DNA of 64,000 bases from Octopus sinensis (lineage: Eukaryota): positions 42,780,001 to 42,844,000 of the forward strand of contig NC_043006.1 of assembly GCF_006345805.1 (NCBI RefSeq), given 5' to 3'. The notes beneath the pieces were generated by a model. The model was given only the letters and a program-made list of their open reading frames with translations, had not been told where the DNA came from and did not search any database. Shown piece by piece: positions 61,755-64,000 of the stretch (positions are counted from its first letter, which is position 1; each line of letters begins with the position of its first letter). A program made the translations under genes and the position numbers.

Positions 61755-61844
61755 ATCTTACAATCGTGTCCCAGAAGTTCTGTCCCTATAATGGAATCCT
61801 ATATTGATAAGCATTTATAAACAACTCTTCTGCTCTTCAGAGAT
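61755..61844 (-). ncRNA. Type I hammerhead motif with one core substitution, in a tandem pLTR-like repeat
   Basis: ATCT-CTGAAGA-GCAGAAG...CTTCTGG-GACA-C-GATT-G-TA-AGAT (A14>C); a second unit about 290 bp away keeps CTGAGGA-GCAG at 62126-62132. Confidence 0.6.
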
Positions 61845-62229
61845 ATAAAATTTGAATTTTGTATAATATATCGAATGGTAGTTTTTTAAAATTTGAAGTA
61901 ATATAGGAAAATGGTGTTTGCTTGAAATAAAATTTTAAATTACTGCTTTTGATTTTGGTAAGTACACCTTAGTATGAGAAACTTTAAATCCATATATACT
62001 TCCTTGGTTAGTCTTCTGTAATAATCCATAATAGTTATATGTAAAATCCATTATATTGTCTTGTATTCGATAATATAGAATAATGGAATCCTATATTGAT
62101 AAGCATTTAACGATAATGCATCTGCTCCTCAGAAAAATCAAATGTGAAATTTGTATAATTTTACGAATGGTAGTTTTTAAAAAATTATGATGTAATATGG
62201 GAAAATTTCACATTGTATTCTATTCTATC

Positions 62230-62289
62230 AATCTATTTGTCTGTCTATCTATCTATCTATCTATCAATTTGGCCATCCATCCATCTATC

Positions 62290-62340
<51 letters not shown>

Positions 62341-62395
62341 TTATCTACCTAACTCTCTATCTATCTCTCTGTCTGTCTATCTATCTATCTATCTA

Positions 62396-62430
<35 letters not shown>

Positions 62431-62483
62431 ATGTTACTGTGTGTGTGTTTGTGTGTGTGTGTGCATGCATGCGTGTGTGTGTG

Positions 62484-62522
<39 letters not shown>

Positions 62523-62525
62523 ATG
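62230..62525. repeat. (TATC)n-(TA)n-(TG)n microsatellite
   Basis: Direct reading. Confidence 0.95.
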
Positions 62526-62812
62526 AAAACTAGTGATACAGCTTACATTCTGTAACCTTGCAGTTAGACTAATAACAAGGAGCACAATTGAAAGTGAAGC
62601 CTCAACATGGTTGGGCACTTAGTCATTTTAGCATGGATTTCATTTCCAACTCTATATCATTCTTAATCATCCTTCCTATAAAACAATTTTCAAATTTTGT
62701 TTTGAACAGAAGAGCTTCAGAATTTGCAAATCAAACCCCAAAAAATGTAATTAATTTTCCCCAAAAATTCTTGAAAATATGTTTTTAAAATCAAAAACTA
62801 ATTCCAGTACTT

Positions 62813-62825
62813 TTATGTATGTATG

Positions 62826-62858
<33 letters not shown>

Positions 62859-62960
62859 TATGTATGTATGTATGTATGTATGTATGTATGTATGTATGTA
62901 TGTATGTATGTGTGCATGTATGTATGTGTGCATGTATACATACATACATACATACATACA

Positions 62961-62996
<36 letters not shown>

Positions 62997-63030
62997 TACA
63001 TGTATGTATGTATGTATGTATGTATGTATA
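62813..63030. repeat. (TATG)n-(CATA)n-(TATG)n microsatellite
   Basis: Direct reading. Confidence 0.95.
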
Positions 63031-63239
63031 TTCCATTTGCATTTGAAGGGTATAAATACATTTCATTTGTTGTATTTGTAATTCCATTTTCATTGTTAAT
63101 AAATTGAAGCAAAAACAAAAAAACTTCTCAAATTTTCTGAAAGAGAAACAGCTAATGTTTTCAAATACAAACAAAATATATTTATATACTTCAAATGTAG
63201 ATAAAAAACAAAAAAAACAAAAATATATATATATATATT

Positions 63240-63418
<179 letters not shown>

Positions 63419-64000
63419 AGGTACTGTAGTGATAAATTACATAACAGTAATCATCTCTTTTTTTTTTACTTAGATAAAAAATTTTTGATTTTTTCCTTTT
63501 TTAAAAATACAAATTTACTGTTTCAGAAGCTCTGTTGTTTAAGATAAAATTTCAAAGACCGACAGAAAAAGGTATAACAAAATGTTTGAGCGAGGTTAAA
63601 TATTCCATACTAAAGTATGAGCCTATGACCACAGTAAACGACTAAAACTAGTAAATTAAGGAGAGAATGTGTGTATATCTTGCCTAATTTTGTAATATTT
63701 GTTTATCATTTATGTATGTCTCATGAATAGTATCAAAAATGTAAATGGTGTATTTCTAAATGATTAATGTCTTCAATTTTATTCCATAGTTTTTTGTCAA
63801 TCGCCTTTCAAATAAATTCAATGTGTGTATGATAGATTATGCTTTCAGTTTTGTTCCACGGGTATAACACTGCATATGTAGATGGTAGCAGAAAAATATT
63901 ATAAATTATAAATTATAAATTAATTGGGGCTGCAACATAAATCTGTAGTTTAGAAGTTAAGATAGAAAAAAGAGTTTATTTCTGATTCATAATATAAATA

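Overview
AT-rich, repeat-dominated eukaryotic DNA that looks intronic or intergenic. The SINE families and the very high (TA)n/(CA)n/(GATA)n/(AAT)n microsatellite load resemble an Octopus (coleoid cephalopod) genome; this is an inference, not a database result. No host protein-coding gene, true tRNA/rRNA gene or CRISPR array can be confidently supported, and most long ORFs in the track are microsatellite artefacts. The window holds dozens of copies of at least six short interspersed families. It also holds decayed fragments of Penelope-like (PLE), RTE, CR1-group, L1/Tx1 and restriction-like-endonuclease LINEs, two mariner fragments, a hAT element with a perfect 8-bp TSD, Helitron-like elements, two near-identical tandem duplications and several long fold-back structures. 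The most striking signal is about a dozen minimal type I hammerhead-ribozyme motifs (CUGANGA...GAAA, self-complementary stem III). Several keep an intact core with an unusually long stem II (49-97 nt), and one motif is built into a tRNA-headed SINE. Ribozyme activity is predicted from sequence only. Repeat boundaries are approximate unless a TSD or terminal motif is quoted.
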